DNA of 64,000 bases from Acidimicrobiales bacterium. Lineage in GTDB: Bacteria > Actinomycetota > Acidimicrobiia > Acidimicrobiales > DATDAH01. The DNA is taken from NCBI GenBank assembly GCA_044221555.1, contig JBGAOY010000003.1:282241-346240 (forward strand), written 5' to 3'. Positions 38,499 through 47,907 of this stretch are shown here, piece by piece (within the stretch, counting starts at the first letter, position 1; each line of letters starts with the position of its first letter). The translations under genes and the position numbers were made by a program. The notes beneath the pieces were generated by a model. That model did no database searches and was not told where the DNA came from. It saw only the letters and a list, made by a program, of their open reading frames with translations.

Positions 38499-38547
38499 TA
38501 CCCCAGGGGGGTAGGGACCTTTGACTCTGTTCTGACACTCTGTCGTA
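38499..38547. promoter_or_regulatory. CsoR box plus BlaI-type box upstream of the second cupredoxin
   Basis: TACCC-CAGGG-GGGTA (38499-38513); TCTGAC-ACTCT-GTCGTA (38531-38547). Confidence 0.7.
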
Positions 38548-38562
38548 GAACACGATCCGGGG

Positions 38563-39096
38563 ATGCCGATCTTGATGCCCCGCCGTCTCCTGGCCGTCGC
38601 TGTCGTGTTCGCCGCAGTGTTGGCTGCGTGCGGCAGCGACCGTGGCGACGCTGACTCTGTCAGATCGGCCGATCCCGGAACCTTCGTGCTCGATGAGTGG
38701 TCGGTTGCCGCGCCGACCGCCCAGATCCATGCGGGGTCGGTCCGGATCACGGCAGCGAACCAGGGAAGCGAGACCCACGAGCTGGTCATCGTGCGTGCCG
38801 CGGACGCCGCGTCGCTTCCCACCAAGTCCGACGGCTCAGTTGACGAAGAGGCGATACCCGCGGCGGACAAGCCGGGCGAGATCCCCGACGTTGCGGCTGG
38901 CGACGTCGCCAGTGCGACCCTCGACCTCGCGCCGGGGCACTACGTGGCCTTCTGCAACATCGTGGATCAGATGGGCACCACCGGCACAGGGGGAGCCGGA
39001 ATGGGCGGCAGCGGCATGGGTGGGGGGATGGGCAGCGGCGGCATGAGTCACGTCCACTTCCAGCTCGGCATGTCGGTGGCCTTCACCGTGACATGA
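38563..39096 (+). CDS. Cupredoxin (sulfocyanin-like) lipoprotein
   Basis: LAAC; THELVI; FCNI-(Gly/Met insert)-HFQLGM. Confidence 0.85.
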   Translation: MPILMPRRLLAVAVVFAAVLAACGSDRGDADSVRSADPGTFVLDEWSVAAPTAQIHAGSVRITAANQGSETHELVIVRAADAASLPTKSDGSVDEEAIPAADKPGEIPDVAAGDVASATLDLAPGHYVAFCNIVDQMGTTGTGGAGMGGSGMGGGMGSGGMSHVHFQLGMSVAFTVT

Positions 39097-39160
39097 GAAG
39101 CCTGGCCCCCCGGATCGTCTGCGCGGCGAAGGCGTCGCAGAGAGGAGGACTGCGGGCCCG

Positions 39161-39445
39161 TCAGCGCGAGAGCATCCGTCCCACCGCCGACATGAGCTCC
39201 TCGGCTTGGGCCTCGGGTTCGGTGGGGCCGCCGCCGTCGGGCGTGAGGCAGTGACGCACATGGCCGTCGAGCAGGCCCAGCGCCACGTTGTCCAGGGCGG
39301 CGCGGACGGCGTTTATCTGGGTGAGGACGTCGATGCAGTAGCGGTCTTCGTCGACCATCTTCGACACCCCCCGCACCTGGCCTTCGATGCGGGCGAGCCG
39401 AGCGCGCAGCTGGTCCTTCGTCGCTGTGTACCCGCGAGTGGCCAT
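39161..39445 (-). CDS. csoR: Copper-sensing repressor CsoR/RicR
   Basis: YCIDVLTQ and GHVRHC (Cys-His-Cys); divergent from copZA. Confidence 0.92.
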   Translation of the reverse strand: MATRGYTATKDQLRARLARIEGQVRGVSKMVDEDRYCIDVLTQINAVRAALDNVALGLLDGHVRHCLTPDGGGPTEPEAQAEELMSAVGRMLSR

Positions 39446-39474
39446 GTCTGCCTCCTGGGAAGATGGTTGCCATG

Positions 39475-39509
39475 TACCCCTGGGGGGTATAGGGTACCCA
39501 TACAGGGTA
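39475..39509. promoter_or_regulatory. Tandem CsoR operators (TACCC-N5-GGGTA)
   Basis: TACCCCTGGGGGGTA (39475-39489) and TACCCATACAGGGTA (39495-39509). Confidence 0.88.
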
Positions 39510-39525
39510 CTAGTAAGGAGCCGGC

Positions 39526-39732
39526 ATGACGAGCACCACCTACCACGTGGCGGGCATGACCTGCGAGCACTGCGTGCGAGCGGTGACCGCCGAGGTGACC
39601 GGCATCGAGGGGGTGACCGGCGTCCAGGTCGATCTGCCGACCGGCGCGGTGACCGTCACCAGCGAGGCGCCCCTCGACGTCGATGACGTCCGTGCTGCGG
39701 TGGACGAGGCTGGCTACGAGTTGGCGTCATGA
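39526..39732 (+). CDS. copZ: Copper chaperone
   Basis: GMTCEHC...AGY; AAGGAG RBS. Confidence 0.95.
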   Translation: MTSTTYHVAGMTCEHCVRAVTAEVTGIEGVTGVQVDLPTGAVTVTSEAPLDVDDVRAAVDEAGYELAS

Positions 39733-39890
39733 ACGTCCTCGTCCGCCTCGGGCTGTTCGCCGCCGGGTTGGCCGTCGTCTTCGTGCTCGCCTTCGGCGCT
39801 GGTCGAGCTGTGGGGCCGGACGAGGGCCCGGCGCCGACCACCGTGACCACCGACATGCCCGCTGGTCACCAGATGGAGGAAGGCTCGTGA
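39729..39890 (+). CDS. 53-aa membrane peptide between copZ and copA; not in the ORF track
   Basis: MNVLVRLGLFAAGLAVVFVLAFGAGRAVGP...MPAGHQMEEGS*; ATGA and GTGA overlaps on both sides. Confidence 0.8.
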   Translation: MNVLVRLGLFAAGLAVVFVLAFGAGRAVGPDEGPAPTTVTTDMPAGHQMEEGS

Positions 39891-42151
39891 CCGACACCGC
39901 TGCCACGAACCACCTCGACCTGGACGTCGAGGGGATGACCTGCGCCTCGTGCGCCGCCCGGATCGAGAAGCGGCTGAACCGCATCGACGGCGTGCGGGCC
40001 TCCGTGAACTTTGCCACTGACCGCGCTTCGGTCGACCTCGTTGACGGCATCACGGTGGACGAGGTGCTCGAGGCGGTCGAGGCGACGGGCTACCACGCCC
40101 GTCCTGTGCCGACACCACACCTCGAGGCATCGTCGACATCGCGTGACGAGGACGAAACGGACGATCTCGCCGACCGCGAGTTGGTATCGCTTCGACAGCG
40201 CCTCGTGGTATCGGCGCTGCTCACCGTGCCGGTCCTGGCCATGGCGATGATCCCCGCGCTCCAATTCGAGAACTGGCAGTGGCTCTCGCTCACCCTGGCG
40301 TCGCCAGTCGTGGTCTGGGGTGCCTACCCCTTCCACCGTGCTGCGTGGCTCAACCTCCGCCACGGCGCCGCCACCATGGACACGCTCATCTCTCTGGGCG
40401 TGTCCGCCGCCTACCTGTGGTCGCTGTACGCGCTGTTCATCGGCGAGGCCGGCGTTCCAGGGATGACCATGACCTTCGACCTCACGCTGAGCCGGGGCAG
40501 CGGTCAGCACGACATCTACCTCGAAGTGGCGAGTGCGGTCACCGTCTTCATCCTCGCCGGGCGCTACTTCGAGACTCGGGCCAAGCGCCGCTCGGGCGCC
40601 GCCCTGAAGGCGCTGCTGGAGCTCGGGGCCAAGGACGTCGCGGTGCTTCGAGACGGGGTGGAGCGCCTCGAGCCGGTGGGCTCGCTGGCGGTGGGCGACC
40701 GCTTCGTGGTGCGCCCCGGCGACAAGGTCGCCACCGACGGCGTCGTCGTGGAGGGCACCTCGGCCATCGACGCGTCGCTGCTCACCGGCGAGAGCGTGCC
40801 GGTCGAGGTCGGTCCGGGAGACGCGGTCACGGGTGCCACCGTCAACGCCGGCGGACGGCTCGTGGTCGAGGCCACTCGGGTAGGGGCCGACACCCAGTTG
40901 GCCCGCATCGGCCGACTCGTCACCGAAGCCCAGTCCGGCAAAGCACCCATCCAGCGACTTGCCGATCGGGTCTCGTCGGTCTTCGTCCCGATCGTCATCG
41001 CCCTTGCTGTGGCCACGCTGGGGTTCTGGCTCGGTTGGGGAGAGGACGCCGCCACCGCCTTCACCGCCGCCGTGGCCGTCCTCATCATCGCCTGCCCATG
41101 CGCGCTCGGACTTGCCACGCCGACGGCGCTGCTGGTCGGAACGGGACGAGGCGCCCAGCTCGGGATCCTGATCAAGGGCCCCGAGGTCCTCGAGTCCACC
41201 CGCCGCGTCGACACCGTCGTCTTGGACAAGACCGGCACCGTGACCACTGGGGCCATGTCGCTGGTCGACGTGGTCTCCGGAAACGACGTCGCGGAGTCCG
41301 AGGTGCTCCGCCTGGTCGGAGCGCTGGAGGATGCCTCCGAGCACCCGATCGGCAGGGCCATCGCCGCTGGCGCCCGTGAGCAGGTCGGCGATCTGCCAGG
41401 CGTCGAGTCCTTCCACGCAACGCGGGGGCTCGGTGTACAAGGGGTGGTCGAGGGCCACGCGGTGGTCGCCGGCCAGAGCCGGTTCATGGCCGACTGGTCG
41501 CTGGACGTCCCGCCGTCGCTCGCGAAGGCCAAGGAGGAGGCCGAAGCTCTCGGTCAGACCGCGGTACTCGCCGGCTGGGACGGAGAGCTCCACGCCGTGC
41601 TCGTCGTCGCCGACACGGTCAAGCCCACCTCAGCGCAGGCCATCGCCGAGCTGCGTGAGCTCGGATTGACCCCGTACCTCCTGACCGGGGACAGCCGGGA
41701 GGCGGCGCAGGCCGTCGCGCGCAGGGTCGGCATCGAAGAGGTGCTCGCCGAAGTGCTCCCCGAGGACAAGCTCGAACAGATCCGGCGGCTGCAGCAAGAG
41801 GGCCGGGTCGTGGCGATGGTCGGCGACGGCGTGAACGACGCTGCCGCCCTGGCCCAGGCCGACCTCGGTCTCTCGATGGGGACCGGCTCGGACGCCGCCA
41901 TCGAGGCCAGCGACCTCACCCTCGTACGTGGCGACCTCCGCTCCGCCGCCGACGCCATCCGCCTCTCGCGGCGAACGCTGCGCACCATCAAGGGCAACCT
42001 CTTCTGGGCCTTCGCCTACAACGTCGCCGCCCTCCCTCTCGCGGCCGCAGGCTTGCTCAACCCCCTCATCGCCGGCGCCGCCATGGCCTTCTCCAGCGTG
42101 TTCGTGGTCAGCAACAGCCTCCGACTGCGCACGTTCAAGGCCACGCAATGA
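39887..42151 (+). CDS. copA: Cu(I) P1B-1 ATPase
   Basis: GMTCASC, CPC, DKTGT, YN, MAFSS. Confidence 0.95.
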   Translation: MTDTAATNHLDLDVEGMTCASCAARIEKRLNRIDGVRASVNFATDRASVDLVDGITVDEVLEAVEATGYHARPVPTPHLEASSTSRDEDETDDLADRELVSLRQRLVVSALLTVPVLAMAMIPALQFENWQWLSLTLASPVVVWGAYPFHRAAWLNLRHGAATMDTLISLGVSAAYLWSLYALFIGEAGVPGMTMTFDLTLSRGSGQHDIYLEVASAVTVFILAGRYFETRAKRRSGAALKALLELGAKDVAVLRDGVERLEPVGSLAVGDRFVVRPGDKVATDGVVVEGTSAIDASLLTGESVPVEVGPGDAVTGATVNAGGRLVVEATRVGADTQLARIGRLVTEAQSGKAPIQRLADRVSSVFVPIVIALAVATLGFWLGWGEDAATAFTAAVAVLIIACPCALGLATPTALLVGTGRGAQLGILIKGPEVLESTRRVDTVVLDKTGTVTTGAMSLVDVVSGNDVAESEVLRLVGALEDASEHPIGRAIAAGAREQVGDLPGVESFHATRGLGVQGVVEGHAVVAGQSRFMADWSLDVPPSLAKAKEEAEALGQTAVLAGWDGELHAVLVVADTVKPTSAQAIAELRELGLTPYLLTGDSREAAQAVARRVGIEEVLAEVLPEDKLEQIRRLQQEGRVVAMVGDGVNDAAALAQADLGLSMGTGSDAAIEASDLTLVRGDLRSAADAIRLSRRTLRTIKGNLFWAFAYNVAALPLAAAGLLNPLIAGAAMAFSSVFVVSNSLRLRTFKATQ

Positions 42152-42351
42152 GCGGCGACCGCCCGCTCCTGGTGGCCCTGGCGGCGTGCTGCGCCGGGCC
42201 GATGCTGATCATCGTCGTCCTCGTCACCGTGTTGGGCGTCGCCATCGGCCCAGCCCTGGCCATCTCACTCGGGTTGGTCGCCGCCGGCCTCTGTGTCGCG
42301 CTCATGGTCGGGCACTACCAACGGAACCACGGACACGAGGGGCCAACATGA
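42148..42351 (+). CDS. MerF/MerT-like small two-TM protein
   Basis: LAACCAGPML; coupled to both flanking ATPases by ATGA overlaps. Confidence 0.65.
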   Translation: MSGDRPLLVALAACCAGPMLIIVVLVTVLGVAIGPALAISLGLVAAGLCVALMVGHYQRNHGHEGPT

Positions 42352-44705
42352 CTGACATCGCTGCGCAGACCGAGGTGCTCGATGTCCGCGGTCTGCGGTT
42401 CGCCACCGAGACCAACGTGGTCGAAGCGACGCTGGGTCGTCGGCCCGGTGTCCTGGAGGTCGACGCCAACCCGATCGCGCAGACAGCCACGGTGACCTTC
42501 GACCCGGCGCTGGCCTCGCTGGACGACCTGCAAGCGTGGGTCCGCGAGTGCGGGTACCACTGCGCCGGGCGCTCGGTGCCCCACCACGTCTGTGCCCCGA
42601 TGCCCGGTGTCGACGGCCACGAGAACGACGGGCACGAGGTCGCCGGCCACGAGGGCGACGAGCACGACATGGCGGTCCACGACATGGCCGGCCATGACCA
42701 CGGCGGGATGTCCATGGCCGACATGGCCGACGACATGCGCAACCGGTTCGTCGTCGCGCTCATCCTGGCCCTGGTCATCACGATGTACTCCCACATCGGG
42801 ATGGAGATCCTCGGGCTCGACCTCCCCGTGCCCTTCGGGCTCCGCAACGACGTCTGGCAGCTGCTGTTGAGCCTGCCGGTGATCTTCTGGTCGTCCTCGT
42901 TGTTCTTCCGGGGCGCCGTTCGGGCGCTTCGCGCCCGCACCCTCGACATGATGGTCCTTGTAGCCGTCGGCATCGGAACCGGCTGGGCCTATTCGGTGGC
43001 GGTCACCGTCACCGGCGGCGACAGCGACGTGTTCTACGAGGCGGCGACCATGCTCGCCGCGTTCGTGCTGCTGGGCCACTGGTTCGAGATGCGGGCGCGC
43101 GGGGGCGCCAACGACGCCATCCGCACGCTGCTCGACCTCGCGCCAGCGATGGCGCTGGTCGAACGTGACGGCGCAGCGGTCGAGGTACCCACCGGTGAGG
43201 TCGTCGTCGGCGACCTGCTGCTGATCCGCCCGGGGGACAAGGTTCCCGTCGACGCCGTCGTCGAGTCCGGCGAGAGCGAAGTCGACGAGTCGGTCGTGAC
43301 CGGCGAGAGCCTGCCGGTCCACAAGGCGCCGGGGTCGTCGGTCATCGGCGCCACCATCAACCGCAACGGCGCCCTGCGCGCCCGTGCCACCGGGGTGGGC
43401 TCGGACACTGCGCTGGCCCAGATCGTGAAGCTGGTCCAAGAGGCGCAGAACTCCCGCGCGCCCGGCCAGCGGCTGGCGGACCGTGCCGCGTTCTGGCTGG
43501 TCCTGGTGGCGCTGGTCGGCGGCCTCCTGACGTTCACGGTCTGGATGACCATCGGCGATGTGGGCGTCGAGGTCGCCCTGCTGTACGCCATCACCGTCGT
43601 CGTCATCACCTGCCCTGATGCGCTCGGGCTCGCCACCCCGACGGCGATCATGGTGGGGTCAGGCCTCGGTGCGCAGCGGGGTGTGCTCTTCAAGACCGCA
43701 ACGGCGCTCGAGACGGCGGCGCGCATCGACGTGGTGGTCATGGACAAGACCGGCACGCTCACCAAGGGCGAGCCCGAGGTCACCGAGCTGGTGTTCGCCG
43801 ACGACGACGAGGCCACCGTCATCTGTTACGCCGCTGCGGTGGAACGCTCCTCGAGCCATCCCGTCGCAGAGGCGTTCGTGGCATTTGCCGATGATCGCCA
43901 CCCCGACGGGGCCCGACCCGAGGCCGACGGCTTCGAGAACGTCCCGGGCAAGGGCGCCGTCGCCACGATCGATGGTCACCGGGTGGCGGTCGGCAGCAGG
44001 GTGCTGATGGAAGACGAGCACGTCGATCTGGGCGACCTCGAGGAGGCGTGGACGAACCTGGCCACCGAGGGTCGCACGGTCATGTGCGTCGGCATCGACG
44101 GCAAGATCGCGGCGGTCTTCGGGGTTGCCGACGCCGCACGAGAAACCTCAGCCGACGCCGTCAAGGCGCTACGCGACATGGACGTCCGCCTCGTCATGCT
44201 CACCGGGGACAACGAAGCGACCGCACTCCGCATCGCCGGCGAGCTCGGCATCACCGAGGTCATCGCCGACGTGCGACCCGGTGACAAGGCGGCCAAGGTG
44301 GCCGAGCTCCAAGCCGGCGGCGCCTCGGTGGCCATGGTCGGCGACGGGGTGAACGATGCCCCGGCGTTGGCGCAAGCGGACCTCGGCATCGCCATCGGGG
44401 CCGGCACCGACGTCGCCATCGAGACGGCCGACCTCGTGCTCATGCGATCAGATCCGCTCGACGTCCCCATCGCCCTGCGGATCGGACGAGGCACCCGCCG
44501 CAAGATGCGCCAGAACCTGAGCTGGGCCATCGGGTACAACACCCTCGCTCTGCCCATCGCCGCCGGCGTGTTCGTCCCCGCCTTCGGATTCGGGCTCCGC
44601 CCGGAGATCGCAGCCCTCACCATGTCCGGCTCGAGCATCATCGTGGCCGTCAACGCCGTCCTCCTAAAGCGCCTCCACCTCCCCGCACCGGCGGTGCCCG
44701 CTTGA
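42348..44705 (+). CDS. Heavy-metal P1B ATPase with CPD motif and His/Met-rich linker
   Basis: TCPDALGLATP, DKTGT, YN, MSGSS; HMA-like domain lacks CxxC. Confidence 0.92.
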   Translation: MTDIAAQTEVLDVRGLRFATETNVVEATLGRRPGVLEVDANPIAQTATVTFDPALASLDDLQAWVRECGYHCAGRSVPHHVCAPMPGVDGHENDGHEVAGHEGDEHDMAVHDMAGHDHGGMSMADMADDMRNRFVVALILALVITMYSHIGMEILGLDLPVPFGLRNDVWQLLLSLPVIFWSSSLFFRGAVRALRARTLDMMVLVAVGIGTGWAYSVAVTVTGGDSDVFYEAATMLAAFVLLGHWFEMRARGGANDAIRTLLDLAPAMALVERDGAAVEVPTGEVVVGDLLLIRPGDKVPVDAVVESGESEVDESVVTGESLPVHKAPGSSVIGATINRNGALRARATGVGSDTALAQIVKLVQEAQNSRAPGQRLADRAAFWLVLVALVGGLLTFTVWMTIGDVGVEVALLYAITVVVITCPDALGLATPTAIMVGSGLGAQRGVLFKTATALETAARIDVVVMDKTGTLTKGEPEVTELVFADDDEATVICYAAAVERSSSHPVAEAFVAFADDRHPDGARPEADGFENVPGKGAVATIDGHRVAVGSRVLMEDEHVDLGDLEEAWTNLATEGRTVMCVGIDGKIAAVFGVADAARETSADAVKALRDMDVRLVMLTGDNEATALRIAGELGITEVIADVRPGDKAAKVAELQAGGASVAMVGDGVNDAPALAQADLGIAIGAGTDVAIETADLVLMRSDPLDVPIALRIGRGTRRKMRQNLSWAIGYNTLALPIAAGVFVPAFGFGLRPEIAALTMSGSSIIVAVNAVLLKRLHLPAPAVPA
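44616..44682 (+). repeat. Direct repeat copy 1 (3' end of the ATPase gene)
   Basis: Matches 46445-46509 with 3 substitutions and 2 single-base gaps. Confidence 0.85.
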
Positions 44706-44993
44706 TCGCGTGCGCCTGAGAGGTGCTTGTCCTGAGGTCCTGCAGACCAGCAACCGCGCTGACGTGCTCTGCGGTTAAGCAGCCGAACCAGAGTCAACGT
44801 CTGCGAGCTTGCTGAGCGGGTGACGCCACCGAAATCCGTGTGCAGAACGTCGCATCATCCGTGAGGTTCACGGATCGCCTCCTCCCCGTTGGTTTGTTGC
44901 CAGGTGCCCGAGATGTAGGTCGCCGATTCGAACCGAATTGAGCCTGTCAACCAAACGAGGCGGGCGGCGCGTCTACCAAGGCGGAGCACACTT

Positions 44994-45500
44994 GTGACCG
45001 CCACCATGACTGAGACCGAACTCGAGCACCTCTTCTCCGACCACTACGGGCGGTTGGTGGGCGCAGTCGTACTTGCGGGCTCGACACGGGAACAGGCCGA
45101 GGACGCGGTTCAGGTCGCGATGTCGAAAGCATGGGAGCTGACTCAGGGCGGCGCCGAGATCGATCATCCTGCCGCCTGGGTCGCCGCTGTGGCCATGAAC
45201 GAAGCTCGTGGACGCTTGCGTCGTTCCGGTGCCGAGCGCCGTGCGTTAGATCGCTTGGTGTTGTCACTGCCTTCGCGAGGTGACGACGTGGGCCACGAGG
45301 CGCAGGTCCTCGACGCGGTTGCGGTCCTGGGAGTCCTACGGCAACTGACGTTCAGGCAACGCCAGGTCGTAGTACTCCGCTACTACCTCGACCTCTCGAC
45401 AGCAGATGCCGCGTCCGCGCTTCACATCAATGAAGGCACGGTCAAGACACTGCTTGCCCGCGCTCGTGCCGCCCTCGAAGACGCCCTTGAAGACGGCTAG
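44994..45500 (+). CDS. ECF sigma-70 factor
   Basis: AEDAVQ...AW...; LTFRQRQVVVLRYY...GTVKTLLARAR. Confidence 0.9.
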   Translation: MTATMTETELEHLFSDHYGRLVGAVVLAGSTREQAEDAVQVAMSKAWELTQGGAEIDHPAAWVAAVAMNEARGRLRRSGAERRALDRLVLSLPSRGDDVGHEAQVLDAVAVLGVLRQLTFRQRQVVVLRYYLDLSTADAASALHINEGTVKTLLARARAALEDALEDG

Positions 45501-45516
45501 ACCGATAGGAGCACTG

Positions 45517-46338
45517 ATGAATACGACCGATGATCGGATCAAAGCAGCGCTCGAGACCCTTGCCGCTCCCGCTGTCGAGAATGCGGATGCTCGGACAGAA
45601 CCGAGTCCGCCACTCCCCGTTGAGCGGCGTAGCCACCGAGTTGCGATGGCGATCGCGGCGTGCTGCCTGGTTGTTGTCGGAGTCGGAGCACTCCTCGTTC
45701 AGCAGGACGCGGACGATCCATCGAGTGTCGTGGACGGTGGCGAGCACGTTGAGGGCGTCGATGCGCCCGCTCCCGTGCAAGATGTAAGCGCCTCGGAGGT
45801 GTTCCACTTCACCGATCTCAACGAGATGGTGGCAATTGCTCAGCTCGTCGTGACGGGTGAGGTCGTTGGCGTTGGTCGTGGTCGCGAGTTTCCTGCTGGC
45901 GAGGACACCTACCAGGCGCAGGAGTCGCACCTCCGCGTGACCCGCGTGTTGCATTCGGCCTCTGCGACGGATGCGGCGGCGGTTCGACCCGGGGACACGA
46001 TCACGATCGAAGAGCTCGCTTGGCGCAACGGTGAGCCGATCACGCTCAACGGAGGCACCGAACCGAGCACCGCAGGCCAGGTTGGCGTGTTCTTCTTGGT
46101 CCATCCGACATCTGGACCAAGGGAGGCTCAGCGCAACTGGGCACCGGTCGGCAGCCAGGGGCGCTTCTTCGTCACGGGCTCAGGTATCAAAGCGGCTAAC
46201 CCGAACGAAGAGTTCGCAGCTGCGCTGCAGGGACGGCCTCTTGAGGAGCTGGAGCAGATGGTCATCGAGGCCTCGGCGACCGTCGATACCCCACCCCCGC
46301 CGGCCACGACAGTCGCCTCAGCCTCGGCTGACGGATAG
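45517..46338 (+). CDS. Single-TM protein, candidate anti-sigma factor
   Basis: Follows the ECF gene; DDRIKAALE N-terminus, TM, extracytoplasmic domain. Confidence 0.7.
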   Translation: MNTTDDRIKAALETLAAPAVENADARTEPSPPLPVERRSHRVAMAIAACCLVVVGVGALLVQQDADDPSSVVDGGEHVEGVDAPAPVQDVSASEVFHFTDLNEMVAIAQLVVTGEVVGVGRGREFPAGEDTYQAQESHLRVTRVLHSASATDAAAVRPGDTITIEELAWRNGEPITLNGGTEPSTAGQVGVFFLVHPTSGPREAQRNWAPVGSQGRFFVTGSGIKAANPNEEFAAALQGRPLEELEQMVIEASATVDTPPPPATTVASASADG

Positions 46339-46444
46339 GCGTGCCGATGTTTCGGGTACTCGTGGCGGCGATGCCTGAGTTGGGACATGAGCCGTAGTCG
46401 TTGATCGTGCTCAGGGGCCTTGTCGTGAACGCATGCTCACGAAT

Positions 46445-46509
46445 CTCACCATGCCCGGCTCGAGCATCATCGGGCGTCAACGCCGTCCTGCTGAAGCGCC
46501 TCCACCTCC
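46445..46509 (+). repeat. Direct repeat copy 2 (decayed ATPase 3' end)
   Basis: CTCACCATGCCCGGCTCGAGCATCATCG...AAGCGCCTCCACCTCC. Confidence 0.85.
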
Positions 46510-46552
46510 GGGCGGCGTCAGGGTGAGCCGACGCACGACGGCACCCAGCTCA

Positions 46553-47344
46553 TCAGCAGTCGCACGCGTAGTAGCGGTCGAGGCCGCCGAGGGAGTCATC
46601 GGAGGTGTTCACGCCCGGTAGCACGTCGGTGTCCTGGAGCGCAGACTCCAGCTCGGTGAGCGTCATCCCGCCGAGATCGGGTTCACTGCCACCAACGTTG
46701 AAACGCGGTGGAAGCAATCGCTGGTCCTGGACCTCGAAAGCGGAGCTCACAGTTTGAAGCCCCCAGACCGACGGTCCTTCAGACTGCCGGTAGAGGACGA
46801 ACGAACCCACGTATCGGTTGCCGACGGCAAGGCGCCTGCCACCACCGACCTTGTCGAGAACCGCCCCGTCACTGCGCAGAAACGACCCGTCGGTCCACAT
46901 CTCGAAGCAGTCGGGGAGCGATTCCGCGGAGGGAAAGCTGTAGAGATCGTCGACGACCTGAATCGTTGCCGACCGCCCGATGGGGCTCTCTGGCCGCTCC
47001 TCCGGTACGTCGTGCAGCAGAGTTTCTGCGTCTCCGATGACGTCGAAGACGACAACGTGATCACCGAATGACACCCAATCGGCGAGTGAAGTGAACCGAG
47101 CACCTTCATCGACTTCCCACGCCACGACCCGGCGCTCCCCGTGCGGCATGACAACGGTGCTCGACGGCGGATCGGCGACCGGACAGCGTCGACGAGCCTC
47201 GGACAACTGTCCCGAGCTACACGACATCATCGTGGAGGCGAGTAACAGGAGACTGACCGTCCGGGCTCTCAAGGCGGTTCTTGATGTGGCAGCGTCGGCG
47301 ATCGCTCGTGTCAGCGTCGCCACGGTGTCAGGCCAGTTTCGCAC
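46553..47344 (-). CDS. Hypothetical exported protein
   Basis: FTSLADWVSFGDHVVV resembles FTDLNEMVAIAQLVV in 45517-46338; start uncertain. Confidence 0.5.
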   Translation of the reverse strand: MRNWPDTVATLTRAIADAATSRTALRARTVSLLLLASTMMSCSSGQLSEARRRCPVADPPSSTVVMPHGERRVVAWEVDEGARFTSLADWVSFGDHVVVFDVIGDAETLLHDVPEERPESPIGRSATIQVVDDLYSFPSAESLPDCFEMWTDGSFLRSDGAVLDKVGGGRRLAVGNRYVGSFVLYRQSEGPSVWGLQTVSSAFEVQDQRLLPPRFNVGGSEPDLGGMTLTELESALQDTDVLPGVNTSDDSLGGLDRYYACDC

Positions 47345-47907
47345 CGCAGTCGCTCGGTCCCCTGTGCTCTTGTCGTGGACAACTATCTCTCATGTGGCGC
47401 GTCACCTCGTCATCGCCGCGGATTCGAGGACGCCCGTCCCGGCCCGCCCCGGATCGCAGCGCCATGGACAGCCCGACGACGATCGGCCAGAGGAGCGCGA
47501 GGTTCCCGGCGAGCTGCTGCTGGACGTCGGGGGACAGGGCTGCCTGGCCTGCTGGGTGTCGCAACACGACGGGCGCCCGGTCACCTCGAGCGGCGCTATC
47601 TGCTGTTCGAGAGGTGAGCTGGGCCACAGTTCACGGAAGCAGCGTTATCGACGGGCGCCGGTCGCTCGCGCCGTCGAGCGGCGCTTCCCCCTAGTCCCCA
47701 CTACAGATGACTTCTTGGCACCCCTCACGCACAGTCATGCCCATCACGAATCCCGGCCAGACGTGTGCGTGGGCTTGTCGGTTGGCAAGTACGTCGAGTG
47801 TTGCGTGGTCGGAAGGGGCCAACCGACCACTGGCTGACCAGCATCCCGCGGGGCGATTCGGTGTCAGCCCTGCGCGGAGGTCGTGGTGGCGCGGGTGAAT
47901 GCCGGTC

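Noticed and set aside
39000-39045. GGCATG-type short repeats
   Set aside because: Explained by the Gly/Met-rich coding insert
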